Assembly (NCBI GenBank): GCA_026770705.1
Contig: JANJGN010000064.1
Coordinates: 1,922,001 to 1,986,000 of the forward strand
From: Isurus oxyrinchus
Lineage: Eukaryota
DNA length: 64,000 bases
Direction: 5' to 3'
Part shown: positions 51,620-64,000 of the stretch, piece after piece
Layout: the number at the start of each line of letters is the position of its first letter
Numbering within the stretch: the stretch's first letter is position 1
Made by a program: the position numbers and the translations under genes
The notes under the pieces: model-generated
The model's database searches: none
Seen by the model: only the letters and a program-made list of their open reading frames with translations
What the model was told of the DNA's origin: nothing

Positions 51620-52278
51620 TGGCAAAACGATAACGAATTCCCCTCTATCGACATCCTGGGGATTACTATTGAACAGAAACTGAACTGGATTAGCCATATA
51701 ATTACAGTGACTAACAGAGCAGGTACAGAGGCTAGGATCATGCAGCGAGAAACGCAACTCCTTTCCCCCAACAGCACGACCAACATCAACAAGGCATGAG
51801 CCAGGTGTTTGATGGAATGCTTTCCGCTTTCCTGGATGCGTGCAGCTCCCACAACACTCAAGAAGTTTGACACCATCCATGAGCACCCTGCTTGATCTTA
51901 ACGCCATCCACAAATCTTCACTTGCTCCACCATTAACGCACAGTAGCAGCAATGTGTACCATCTACAAGATGTACTGCAGGAATTCACCAAGGCTCCTTA
52001 GACAGCACCTTTCAAACAAAACGATCACGACCATCTAGGACGATAAGAGCAGCAGTGACATGAGAACACCACCAGATGAACGTACCCCTCCAAGTCAATC
52101 ACCACCCTGCCTTAGAATTGTAACACCGTTCCTTCACAGTCAATGGGTCAAAATCCTGGAACTCCCTCCCTAAAAGCATAGGGACTGCAGCTCACCACCA
52201 CCTTCTTAATGGCAATTAAGGATGGGCAATTAATCCTGGCCTACCCAGCCAAGCCCACATCCCGTAATTGAATAAATT
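51620..52278 (+). mobile_element. CR1/L3-like LINE 3' fragment (same family as 18253-19245)
   Basis: ACAGAAACTGAACTGGATTAGCCATATAA...GGCAATTAAGGATGGGCAAT..GCCCACATCCC tail. Confidence 0.85.
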
Positions 52279-52789
52279 TAATTATTGGTAATCATATCCT
52301 GGAGTGGCACATGAAATTATCGTTTTTGGCTGAGTCCAAAATACCTCATTTTCTTCTAATACAGATGCGCAATATAAATGAAACTTCATGTATTTATTAA
52401 TAACACCATGACTGATGTAAATGCAGTGGTGAAGTGGGGGGTTTGGAGTTGCAGGAGCTCTAAGCAAATAAATTTGTCACATCATTCCTTAATCTACTCT
52501 AACGCTCACACCCCTGTATTAATCATCTGAGTCTGCAAAAATTATTAACACTATGCTTTGTAGTTAACACTATTAGTTCCCGGAAGAATTTTTAGTCCTT
52601 AGCATAGCTGGAATTCAATTGTGCCACAGTTTAATAATTGAATTCAAGCCTATTAAAGCATGAGTCACGTAAAACGTTCCTTATTTGTGACTGGCGTGGA
52701 GGGAGGGCGTGAGGGTGCGGGGTTCGGTGGGGCTTCTGGTCTTGACTGGGACCTGTGCGTTTCAAGATTGATATCAATAACCTAGGCAT

Positions 52790-53310
52790 GGCTGTACAGG
52801 GCCTAGTTTCAAAATTTGAGGATTCTGCAAGACTGGAAAAATTGTGAACTGAGAGGCGGATAATAATATATTTCAGGAGGGTACAAATAGTTCGGTGGAA
52901 TGGAACGACACAGTGCAGGTGAAATTTAATATACAGAAGTGTGAAGTGATACAATGCGGTCAGATGAACGAGAATCGATGACATAGAATGGTGGTCCTAA
53001 TTCTAATTAGATGCAAGAGCAGAGGGAAGTGGGTTTACAGGTGCATAAATCCTTGAAGCTGGCAGGGCAGTTTTAGAAAGCAGTCCTTCGTCCTGAACAC
53101 TCGGCTTTATAAATCTGGGCAAAGAGAACGAAATGATCTAATTAATGAACCTTCATAAAATTCTGGTTCAACTTAAACAAAGGTTTTAGAAAGGGTTCAG
53201 AAAAGATTTGCGAGAATAATTCCAAAAATTGGAGACTCCAGCTATGTGGATAGATGGGCGAATCTGGAGCTGTTCTTCTTCGAGAGGAGAATGTTGAGAG
53301 GGGATTGGTT
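52790..53310 (+). mobile_element. CR1 LINE fragment
   Basis: AAATTTGAGGATTCTGCAAGACTGG (KFADDTKL-like)..GTGTGAAGTGATACA..AGAAAAGATTTGCGAGAAT. Confidence 0.7.
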
Positions 53311-54445
53311 AGACGATTCGGGTAGAGAAATTATGGTCATGTCTTAAATTTTGTGGAGAAATAAAGCAAATTATACCCTATTGTATAAATAACCAGAAAA
53401 CGTTAACTCTGCAGTCTGTGTTCACAAAATCTGTCAGGCCCGTCGAGTATTTCCAACATCCTCTGGTTAAATGTTCCTAATGTGAAGCAGAGGTTCGTAG
53501 ACCACATTACGTTCATATAACAGGGGATTTCCCAATTTTACCCAGAGTGCTGAGTAAAATATTACCTCCGGCAATGCAGAACATTACCTGATAATCAGGC
53601 GACCTGATTTCGGCAAGAAATAAAACAAAAAAAGAAAGAAAAATCCTTGGAGGCACTGGAAGACCCCCAGCAATGTTTCAGGGAAGTTATGACGAATTAC
53701 TCTGTGTACAGGGTTCCGCAGTAACATTATAGTGTTACAGCTAGAAATGTTAGAATGATTCTCTGCACGGACACAGCTATTATTGCTCGTGTAGGGCCGT
53801 CCCCCGTGATGCTGCAATGCTGGATATCTGAAATTTAAATGTCAATGCTCACCATTGCCTGAAATATTAACGCTCATTCACTCTCCGCTGATGTTTCAAG
53901 ATCTGCTGAGTATTCCAAGCATTTTCTGTTTGTATTTCATTTGGAGCAGGACATCTTAAAGTTTGAGCGGAGTTTTCATGAATAATGATAGGTTAAAATC
54001 AGCACCGATAATTTTCTAAATTTTCCTAATCTTATTGTTATAGTAGGTAATGTCTAGTATTGTTGACTGACAGCAAATGCATAAACACACGGACATGTCC
54101 AGTATTGTTAGCGTTCGAGCAATATCGTCGCGAGTCATAATAACGCTGAGTCATCACGAGGTATCCACACAGAATACGCTAAGTTTCAGTTGTACATTAC
54201 AGTCCATAACACATTTACGTTCTGCAATGTCTGAGTCAAGATCGCAACAGAATAAGATGAAACTCCAAGAGACCAACACTCTTCAGGAGGGGCGTCCCTT
54301 TCAACATTCAAAATTGGCATGCGCAGAACACATTGCCTCTGGGGTTACTTTGCGATCAGTAATTTTAATTGACGAAGTTTCTGGTGCTGAGCTGGTCAAT
54401 ATTCCCATTGGCGGACCGGGGTCTCTGACCAGGTAAATTAGCCGC

Positions 54446-54526
54446 TTGTTTGTTAAGTGACTATAATTAACACGAATTATTAAATGAGCTGATTTCATCA
54501 GCCGAACAGGGGGTGGCCTATAAAGG
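54446..54526 (+). promoter_or_regulatory. proximal promoter of GPCR paralog 2 (TTGTTTGTTAAG element and TATAAA)
   Basis: 12-mer at 54446 and TATA at 54519, the same 73-bp offset as in paralog 1. Confidence 0.6.
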
Positions 54527-54594
54527 GGGAAACAATTACGGTTCTTAAATACAATCAGAAAACTGAGTGAACTCTCGCATCCTTCTAAAAAAAA

Positions 54595-54664
54595 ATGATC
54601 CGGCCAACGATTCCACAAGTAACAGATATTTATTATCCAATTCTCGCAGCCTTTGGTATTCCCG
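54595..54664 (+). CDS. GPR139/GPR142-like GPCR paralog 2, exon 1 (MIRPTIPQVTDIYYPILAAFGIP)
   Basis: ATG at 54595, 70 nt, G|GTAAGT donor, homologous to 24956-25025. Confidence 0.85.
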
Positions 54665-56780
54665 GTAAGTCAGTGTTTTCTAATATCTTTTGAATATTTC
54701 ACTGTTAGTGATTATGTGGCTGATTGAAAGAATGTCTCACTGCCGAGTCATTTCACTGCCAAGAAAAATTGCTGAATGTCAGCGGGAATCCTAGACGTTC
54801 ACTGGGCCCGTGAGCCCTGGTACTGCTCGGCAGCTCCTCACGGGGAAGGAGAATGAGGTTAATTTCCCGCCCCAACAAAACCGTGTGGCCTACTGTCAAT
54901 GCCAATCATCTCATATGTAATGTTACCCATTCTGTACATTACATTGATAATTCCTACTAATTCCCGCCCAGCAGTCGGCGGGAAGTTATTTTGAGGAATA
55001 CGAAGCTACTCCTCATTCCTCCCTTGCAACGCATCTTTCCGAATCCACCGCCTCCCGTTCAGTTCCTGAGCGGATCCTTCAGACTGCATATAAAGAGACA
55101 AAGGCCAACATTTCGAATTACATTGAATAGTTTATCTTCTGCTGAAGGATCTACTTGAATTTATTGCGCTCTGTAACGGAATGTAAATTATATTGAATAC
55201 CGCTGGATTCGGATACATTTCCCGAGATTCTCATCGTCAAATAATCAGAGGGAACCGACTGTAAAATGATTTTAGTGTAACAATGACGATTTATCAAATT
55301 CACTCGGTGTATCACATGATAACGGCCAGATGACAGGAAGGTTGTTTGAAAGGAAATATATATATCATTTGACTGTTGAAATTCAGGAAGATATGCGAAT
55401 ATTCCATTTTACCTTTACAAAAGTTATACCGGTAACTGGACTGCCACTGCAAGGTGCTGATGGCTGACTTGCGCTGGACAGTTCCATGCAGCCTCAATCC
55501 AGCGACATGGACAGTGGTCAATGAAAGGGAATCGGGCGATATGTATGATGGATGGCTGGTCCGATTTAGCTACTTTTACACTGTTGTCCGAAGTCACCAT
55601 TGGCCCCAGCTGAGACATCCATGCATTAGGGACGGTGGTAGTGGGAGTTGTTTGGAGCTAGTCTCCGTTACTATTCTCCAGGCTAAATTCGACTGACCCT
55701 TCTTTCAGCACCATGAAAACATCAGACTGAAATTTACCGGGAGGACTGCAGATACCCTGTCCCGATACAGCGTTTCTGTCCACTGAGGATCACCTCCCTG
55801 AAAGAACCGAACTTCCCAAAGAACCCCGATGGAAGAAGACAATGGACAAAAAATAATTTTAAAAAATTATTGCAAAAAAATCAAACCAAAGTCAAAAAGA
55901 ATATAATTAACTTCTAATGGTATTCAGTAGAAAGTATTGATTATTGTTGAAGTACCTGATACAACAATGATAAGTCTCACGGATATCTCTGCTCGCCCAC
56001 CGCACACATGTGGCCCTGTTTTCAGTGCAAATGTCTCTCACAACTCCACGTTGCTCCAGCAGTGCTCAACCACTGTTCTTAGCGCAGGGTCTGATTCTCA
56101 AGTGGCCTCCAACAACCACTCTAATCTACTCCAGCTCCAAGGATATGATTATCAACAGCAAGCCTACTTTCATCTGGCCTCTTTAACTCGGGTCACAACA
56201 GTCCTGATAGCGGAGTTTTCCCAGACGCACTGTCACTCACCATTCAATAGCGCTCTCGTATACAGTATGATCAGCTCTGTGGCTCATAGCTTTTCTCAGG
56301 CTTTAGTCTTTTATGATTGTTCGCATACACAACCTGAGCGAGAACGGCTGGGCCTTGGTGGCTTCTGCTGAAAAGGAATTGAACTTTTTAGACTCCTGCT
56401 TGTTCTTTCCACATGCTAAAACCCGATCTCCCGAACTGTTTACACTTCCCAACCAGTTTCCATTCCCTTACCAATTACGTGCAGACATTGATTTCTCAGA
56501 AATCCGGTGTCCAACGAAGAGATCCCTGCCCCATAAATCTGGTTCCGATCTCTGTTACAGCGAGGGGCCGGACTCAAAAATACTGCCCTTGAAACTATTT
56601 AATCACAATAGAGTGCATATTCGTGTATTTATTTTCGGAGTTTCATCAACACTGGCCAATGTTACAAATTGGACACATGTCTATAACACTGGGTAGAAAT
56701 GTACAGTAACATTTCCCATAATAAATCTGTGGAATGTATCTGAGTGTCCATGTTAACTACTCTCTCATTTTTTCCCACAG

Positions 56781-57724
56781 CGAACCTTATGACAACCGTG
56801 ATTGTCTCCAGAGGAAATTGTGGCCTTTGAAAATGTATTTCATTCTATATGGTGTCCATGGCAATAGCCGATTTACTGGTCATGCTCAACAATGTTCTCG
56901 TGCATAAAGTCCTGAGTAAACGTTTTCCACATATAATCACGTCCTATACACCCATTTGCAAGTTCATAATGTACTCAATTAATACCAACCTGTATTTATC
57001 GGTGTGGTTTACAGTCTCCTTCACATTTGACCGGTTTGCATATATATGTAGCCACAAGTTTAAGACAAGGTATTGCACAGTGAGAACTGCGGCTACAGTT
57101 CTAACAACAATCTGTGTCCTCTCACTTTTACAGAACATACCAAATTGGTTTGCATTTGAACCTCAGCGAATAATCAACAATTCTCAATGGGGTTTCCAGC
57201 CCAGCCTGGATTTTTATACATCTCTTTTTGGTGTAATATTTATTTGGCTACAAAGTATTTTATTGACATGGATTCCTTTCTCTTTGATATTATTGTTAAA
57301 TTGTTTGACAGTGAGACGGATTTTAATAGCCAGTCGTGTCCGTAAGGAGCTCTGGGGTCAGAGGAGCGAGAATCATAGTGATCCTGAAATGCAGAACCGA
57401 AGGAAATCGATTATATTACTGTTCACTGTATCGGGTTCTTTTATACTGTTGTGGCTGACAGCAGTCGTTCGTACGTTAGTCAGTAGTATGCTCATTCATG
57501 TACGACCAGATTATGCAGCTCCTGCATATATCGCTACTGAAACCGGATACATGCTCATGTATTTGAGTTCGTGCACAAACACTTTTATTTATGCAGCTAC
57601 ACAAACTAAATTCAGGGAAGAGCTGAAGAAGATACTGAAATCTCCATGGACAATTATTCTGATACTGATAAAAAGTTGCAAAACGAAACTAACTGTTCCT
57701 GTTGTAAATAGAGTTAACTTGTAG
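56781..57724 (+). pseudogene. GPR139/GPR142-like GPCR paralog 2, exon 2 with a premature TGA at 56828-56830 (rest of frame intact)
   Basis: Acceptor TTTTTCCCACAG, then (A)NLMTTVIVSRGNCGL*KCISFYMVSMAIADLL. ORF 56849..57724 encodes TM2-TM7 with FTFDRF and NTFIYAATQTKFREE. Confidence 0.88.
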
Positions 57725-58359
57725 ACTATGTTCCGATTTGGAGTGGTGGCCTATCTTTTGCAACAACAAGGTATTGTTTTTAATAAGGCATCAGATAACA
57801 TTATTCCACATTGTGTCATATGTTTTATGCCTGCTGATTTTCCACCAGCGTTATAATTGTTTCTTGTTATAACAGCGAACTTGCCAGTCAGGGGACATAG
57901 AGAACAGTTATTAACATGTTGCAGCATTGGAGTACAACATCTCAGTTTTGGCCTTAACTCCCATACACGGCAGGTACTGTAAAGAGAATCGCCAGTTTAA
58001 TAAACAGCTAAGGTCCCAAAAGTTTCAATGCCAACAGCAGTGTACTGATGTTGCTGTTGCGAATCCCAAACACTGCGGACGTCCTGGCACATGCACCTGC
58101 ACCAAAATTACCCCGGAAGTTTAAATTCCCGATTGGCTGATTTGCATTGTCCTGGACCCGCTGTCATTTCTCCCACACTGAGCTCAGTGTCAGAGACTTG
58201 GCGGTCAGATACACGGGTCTTGCTTGCGTACTCACGCTGCGAAAGTTACACTGGGTAAAACTTGAACTACCTCAGGGATTAACCAGCAGAACTGAACGAA
58301 GCACCACACTCAAATCTCCAATTCACCTCCAAAGACTTGACTATTCCCCCAACAATGAC

Positions 58360-58890
58360 AGCCGACCCAATCTGACTGCCCACGTGACACAATGGTCCAG
58401 CGATCCAACTGCCACCCGAATGATTGCCCAGCCCAGCTGATTACCCCATCTCCACCTGGACTAATCCTTCCATCTCAGCTATTTCCCTCCCATCAAGCCC
58501 CAGCCACCCAAACCTCTCCTCAGGACCTGACTGCTCTTTCCCGAACTGACCACCAGCCAACACAGCTGCACTCCTCAACCCAACTACTCAGCCAACCTGA
58601 CTACCCACCCAGCTCAACGGCCCACCTGATCCAAAGCGACTACTGCTGATCGGGCTGCCTCCCCGACCCAGCTGCCCAGCCAGCCCGATTACCCACCTAC
58701 ATGACACAACTACCCACCCAACCTGAGTACCCAGCTAAGCGACCTTATAGCCCTCCCAACTTGATTACCCCCGCTGTGACCTGACTGCCCAACCAATCCG
58801 ATCACCCACCTAACCATAAAAATACCCACCCAACTGGATTACCCATCTGCACAAAACAACTGCCCACCCAACTTTATTACTCACCTATGA
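58360..58890. repeat. degenerate C-rich minisatellite (approx. CCCACCCAACCTGACTA units)
   Basis: Recurrent CCCACCCAAC / CTGA(C/T)TACCC / CTGACTGCCC motifs. Confidence 0.7.
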
Positions 58891-60239
58891 ATCCCAACTC
58901 CAGTTCTCTAGGCGAAGGGATTGCTTATTCTGTCAGTCCTAAATTCGTTACATTCTCTAATCTGTGGGCGTTCTTCCTCAATCATATATAAATTCAAAAT
59001 CCCTTGAATGTCAACAAAGTGCAGTTAAACTAGCTAATTGACATATTTCTGTGAGAAATGGCTGTGACGAGACAAGAATGGATTTTCCAGGTGGGAGCTG
59101 CCCAAATGACAGGGACCGTACAGGAGATATTCCAGTCAAAGACATGCAGGCCCATCCCTCTGGAATGGATAGGCATAAAATACAAGAATGCCTTCTAATA
59201 AATGACGCAGACTGGAAGACCTTCTCGATTATAATTGATAAGACTGTCATGAAGTTTGTCCACATTGTATCCTCTTGTTTTCTCTTTATTTTGTAGTAAC
59301 TGTTATCTTTAGCCATTATCTGCTAAATCGCAAAGACTATGTCAATTTGCAAAAACATGAGGCTATCAGGCCATTACTGACCCCGCAGCAAGCATCAGTT
59401 TCTGGATGATGTGTCTTGAAAGTAACAAAGATATGCTATTGCACACTGATTAATTAATTTCAAAAACGTTTACTCATTTGATACCGTCTAGAAATCTAAT
59501 ATTTTTTCATAGATCATCCTCTCAATTGGCAGCAATGTTAAAGGCGAGTAGCAAGGTTCATAAATAAACAATTGTTAGAATGTCAATTATGTTGAAAAAG
59601 ATTGAATGTATCTATTAGACATCAAGTTAAGGACATAATACTTCAGCCTGATTGGTAAAAAAAAAACTTGTTCAGTAGGGGAAATTATCAACATTGAATA
59701 AGAATAAGCAAATTATGTTCTCACTATATGAAAATTAAATTTAAAAATTACAGAACTGTGTAAAGCAAACTTATAGGAATTGCGATATAGAGGAAAGGAG
59801 AACAACGTGTAAAAATGTAGTTGTAGTCTTTCAGTTAGTGAAAAACCCAAGATTTGTATCTGCCCGCGCCTCCCACCCACCGCCCACCAACCCGCCTCCG
59901 CCAACATTAAAAATCATTACGTGCCTCTGCAATTTCTGCCTTTTAACTTTATTTTAAATAAAATTGCACGGAGTGCGTTCTCAATAAGAAACATTATTCC
60001 ATTGCTCAAGAACCTCATTAAAACATTAATGTTTCAATAGAGATATAACTTATAATGTTTTTGAATGGCCTGTAATTAGCTTACTTCGAGGGTCACTCTG
60101 CCATGTTGACCTTCATGTTGAGATACTCCAAAAGTCGAACTTCACAGTGAAACCCAGTGCAACAACACTGAATAGGTGCTTGTCAAAGTCAAAGAAGAAT
60201 CACATGCAGGATATGACTGACCACGTATCGTCTCCATCT

Positions 60240-60720
60240 CAATGATTACACAATGTCGCGCAGCTCCGTCATTCTTTGTTGCTAATCTCACCCGCCATGT
60301 TTAAGTCACTCCAGATTCGGCTTATGCATTGTTACTCTGCCGGCCTCCAACCATCCACTATCCAGAAACGCAATGTCAGAGAAAGCCTTGATGGCCAGAA
60401 TGCAACTGGCACTGAGCCACATTCACACTGCACTAGCGCTTGCTGAACATGTACTTTGGTATGGGCAACACCTCAATTTAAATATGTTCATTCTCTCATC
60501 AATCCCATCCTTAACCTTCTCTCTACAATCGTCTGGGATCTCCTTCTCTACAACCTTCTGAGAATTATGCTTCCCTCATATTCCGCATCTTGCTCAACCC
60601 CTAATTCCTTCACTGGCAATTGTTGGACTTTCTTACAGATCTCTATGATGTAATCTCTGGAATCTTCTCCCAAAAGCTATTTCTCTCTCTCTTAAAATCG
60701 TAATTGAAACTAATATATGG
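60240..60720 (+). mobile_element. degraded L2-type LINE fragment
   Basis: Homologous to the 2730 and 28360 copies (GCCGGCCTCCAACCATCCAC..TTTAAATATGTTCATTCTC). Confidence 0.55.
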
Positions 60721-62079
60721 TCACTTTTCCTAGTCCTTTAATTATCTGGCTCAGTCTCCATATTTATCCAAATACAATATTTTTAAGCCCGACGACGCTC
60801 ATTTATCAAGCTAAAACTGTGATAACAATGAAAATTGTTATTTGCTAAAATGAACTTTCCATTCTCGCCAGTCCGCACCCAACACCTGCCGGAGTGGTCC
60901 TGTTAATGTAACTTGAATGGAGCATTAATTACTGAATATCATTTTTTTAGTTCCATTCGTGACAATGAACCTCTGATCATCACATTACTGTTTAAGCACA
61001 GGAATAAGTTCTAAGCCCGGTTCACAGGCTATTCACTGGGAATCAGCACTGGGGCAGAGAGTGTCATAGCGCAGTGACTGTTCTCAACTACTAGGCCATC
61101 AATTGCTCCCTGCAGAGTTCACCATGTCAGACCAGTTTCAGCTTATGCTGGAGAGATAACCGAAAGTGGCAAATCCGAAATGTTTTATGATAACGGCAAG
61201 AAAAAAACGTCGAAACGATTATAATTCCCGGACCCCGTCAATTGAGACATACTCAAGCGACCGTGACATGTTAGCAGAACGGTTCACGCTTGTTTCATAG
61301 ATGATTTTGATCCAATCTTGGTTCCTTATAATCGCACGTGATTTGCTTCTTCCCGCGTTGAAAATGGCCGCTTCTTTGCCGGATTAATTTAAAGCCACGC
61401 GTTGCAGAAAAACACAGAGGCACTACTGAGATTCACAATTGGGATATTAATTTTAATTGACAGGCGCTTTCACTAAATAAGCCGCGGTGACCACTTGCAA
61501 GCAAGCATTGAAATACAATGTTGTGAATTGTAGCTCACTATCTTGCTGCAGTATAAAAATAAGAAAGAGAGGAGAAGTAGTATTAACCAATTTTAACGAT
61601 CAAGCATCCAGATAATATCAAGAGAATGCTGCAAATATTCAGCAGGTCAGTCCACATAGGTGAGGAGAGCAGGAGATGTAACTTTTTAGATCGCTGGCCA
61701 ATCGATTACAATGCACAGTTGTAAAGGAAATCACATACCGAATCAGAGGGAGTGTCCAACAGAACCTTCACCTCAGCCCTATCCAATCCCGACAGATTGA
61801 CCTGAATTCAGATGGACATGTCGGAGATCAATAAAATATTCATATGATGCTTGTTATTTGCTTCTTGCTTGGAGATGCTTTCTGACGCCTGGTTTTAATT
61901 GTATGTGTTCACGCTCTACACTTCCTCCTCACAGGAGAAAGAACACAATGCCAGATATATGGAGTTGTCCCTTCACTCCATCAGGAAAGATGAGGAACAG
62001 CATCAGTCAGATTGGACAGAACCATCTGATGCTTAATAAGTAAGCTGGACAAAAAACAAACACATTGAATATATTTTCT

Positions 62080-64000
62080 GTTGGACATTCAACTTTCCTG
62101 AAAAACATCCTTCTCGATTTTTCAATTTCAATATCATCTTATTATATTAGTCAAACGTCAATGCATATATCACTTCGTCAACCAACTTAAAGTGCTTGGC
62201 GTAATTGGGTGCTGCCAGATCTGGCGTCGCAGTTAATACATTTTTCAAACCATCAAATGGCTTCTGAAACTCCAGTGACCATTGCAAATTCTCATTCTTT
62301 TTTTTATTAATTCAGTTAGTGAAGCAAGCACACGGCTTAAATTTGGTATAAAATTCCAGTAACACCCCCTCATGCACAGAAATTTCAAAACTTCCCATTT
62401 TGTTGTAGCATGGGGAAATCCATGATAGCCATGGATTTGACACCTCTTGGAACCACCTTTCCATGTCCAATTGCATGGATTAAATACACAACTTGCATTG
62501 TTGCAAATTCACTTTTAGACAAGTTCATCGTCAAATTAGCTTCTTGTAATCCAATAAATATTTATTTCCAGCTGCTTTTAATTCTCCTCCAACGCTTGAC
62601 TATAAATGATTCATTCATCAACATAAATAGCACAATTGCATATACGTGCAACTACTTTGTTTGTCAGCCTGTGAAGTGTCACATGTCAATTATTCTTACA
62701 AAATGGCATGATTTTAAACTGCTACAGACCATTTGACGTTACAATATCTGAGTACTTCTTTGCACGCTCCGCTAATGTTACTTGTCAATATCCTTTTAGC
62801 AAGTCAATGTTTGACATACATTTTGTTTGTCCCACTTTCTCAATACAATCTCCAACCGTTCTATTAGATTTGAATCCTATTTTGTCACCGCATTCATCTT
62901 TCGATTGTTCACACAAAGCCTTTGTGTTCCACCTAGTTTCATTGCCAGGACAAAGGGTGAAGTCCAGTTACTGCAACTAGACTTAATGATATAATTTTGA
63001 AGCAGGAAGTGAAATTGTTTCTGTACTTGCGATCACTTTAGCTGAATTTAAGCTGAAGAATTTGCCTTATTGAAGATGGAAACCCTTCAGGAGCATTTGC
63101 ACAGCTAAATATTTCCTCTGCAATGCATTCCCACATATAAGCTTTTTTGACTGCAATAGCGTACCTAAACCACTTTGACAGATTTTGTAAGGCAATTTAA
63201 TATTACATTTAAGTGCTCAAGTATTCCCTCTTTTTCTATTCTGAATACAGGAAAAGCAATTTCAGAGTCCTGCATTTCCACTTTTTCCCCATTATCTACC
63301 ACAACTAATCACTAATTTTTGTCAACTTCCCTGTCAAAGTGTTTTTAAGAATATTTACATGATAAACCCTCTGCTTCTTCCATCTACATGGAGTATTTAT
63401 TAAACAATTTACTTCACCCAATTTCTTTTCAATCCTTTCAAGCCTATTAAACCTTGCATTTAATGAGTCGCTCAGTACTGGTAACAGAACGTGCACTTTC
63501 TCTCCAGCAATACAATTCTGAGCTGAAGCCTTTCTGTCAACTTTCACTTTCACCACTTGTTTCGACATATTTAAATGTTCCCCGGCCTGCTATGTCTAAT
63601 CTCCCTCTGATGTTTGGTGAGAAATTCAGGGGAGCAGTTTCTGCTCTTTGTCTCACCAATTTCTCATAAATCAATGTCATCGTTCCCCTTACTTCATGGC
63701 CATAAACATGTTCCAAAGGATTAGAACCAGTCGATGCATTAGGAGCGTCCCAAACAACAATTAACAAGGACCGTATTCCCCTATCCCAATCATTTGGATA
63801 ATTCTGACAGAACGCTCTCATCATATTTTTTAAAAGTTTGATGCAATCCTTCCAAAGCTCCTTGTTGGTAAGCTGTTGACATAAAATGCTTTTCCCTAAA
63901 TTGTTACTTTCGCCCTTAAACAGCTGTCACGTTAACTTTGAAACCTGATCTGATATTTTCTCCTGAGATAAACCATATCTCGTAAGAAAAAATAGTTAAC
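62080..64000 (-). mobile_element. Gmr1-type Gypsy pol fragment, order integrase > RT > RNase H
   Basis: Minus strand from 64000: DWDRGI..DAPNASTGSNPLEHVYGHEVRG, GEKVHVLLPV..YHVNILK (integrase), then SNWTSP..RLCVNNRKMNAVTK..IDLLKGY..MPF..CAIYVDE (RT), then LTATPDLAAPNYAKHFKL. Confidence 0.85.

Noticed and set aside
54961-54984. Hairpin TTCCCGCC-CAGCAGTC-GGCGGGAA
   Set aside because: Short; the motif resembles termini of common shark MITE-like repeats.
56828-56830. Selenocysteine recoding of the TGA
   Set aside because: The aligned residue is Ser, not Cys, and no SECIS-like hairpin was recognisable downstream.
58360-58890. CRISPR-like array
   Set aside because: Eukaryotic context, degenerate units, no unique spacers and no cas genes.
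61030-61106. Possible further tRNA (Glu/Gly-like) relic on the minus strand
   Set aside because: Only weak A-box and B-box similarity; cannot be distinguished from chance or a SINE head by eye.

Overview
AT-rich, repeat-dense vertebrate DNA, most likely from a cartilaginous fish (inferred from shark-type CR1/L2/Penelope/Deu-SINE repeats and GPR139-like paralogs). The only convincing host genes are two same-strand, two-exon GPR139/GPR142-like class A GPCR paralogs. One is intact (331 aa; exons 24956-25025 and 29643-30568). The other (exons 54595-54664 and 56781-57724) has a single in-frame TGA at codon 40. They share a promoter module, TTGTTTGTTAAG exactly 73 bp upstream of the TATA box, and both lack the ECL2 cysteine. 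They lie in a decayed tRNA-gene landscape: about 13 Asp, Gly, Ile, Ser, Glu and Lys copies in direct and inverted duplicated units, with only one Asp copy near-intact. Mobile DNA includes a near full-length Penelope element with hammerhead-like motifs, a Penelope-derived palindrome, a Gmr1-type Gypsy element (integrase before RT), a Gypsy element broken by a ~1.24 kb inversion, a solo LTR and many CR1/L2 fragments. There is also a degraded SEA-domain-like exon. Most short ORFs in the track are spurious or transposon debris. All alignments were made by eye, so repeat boundaries are approximate.
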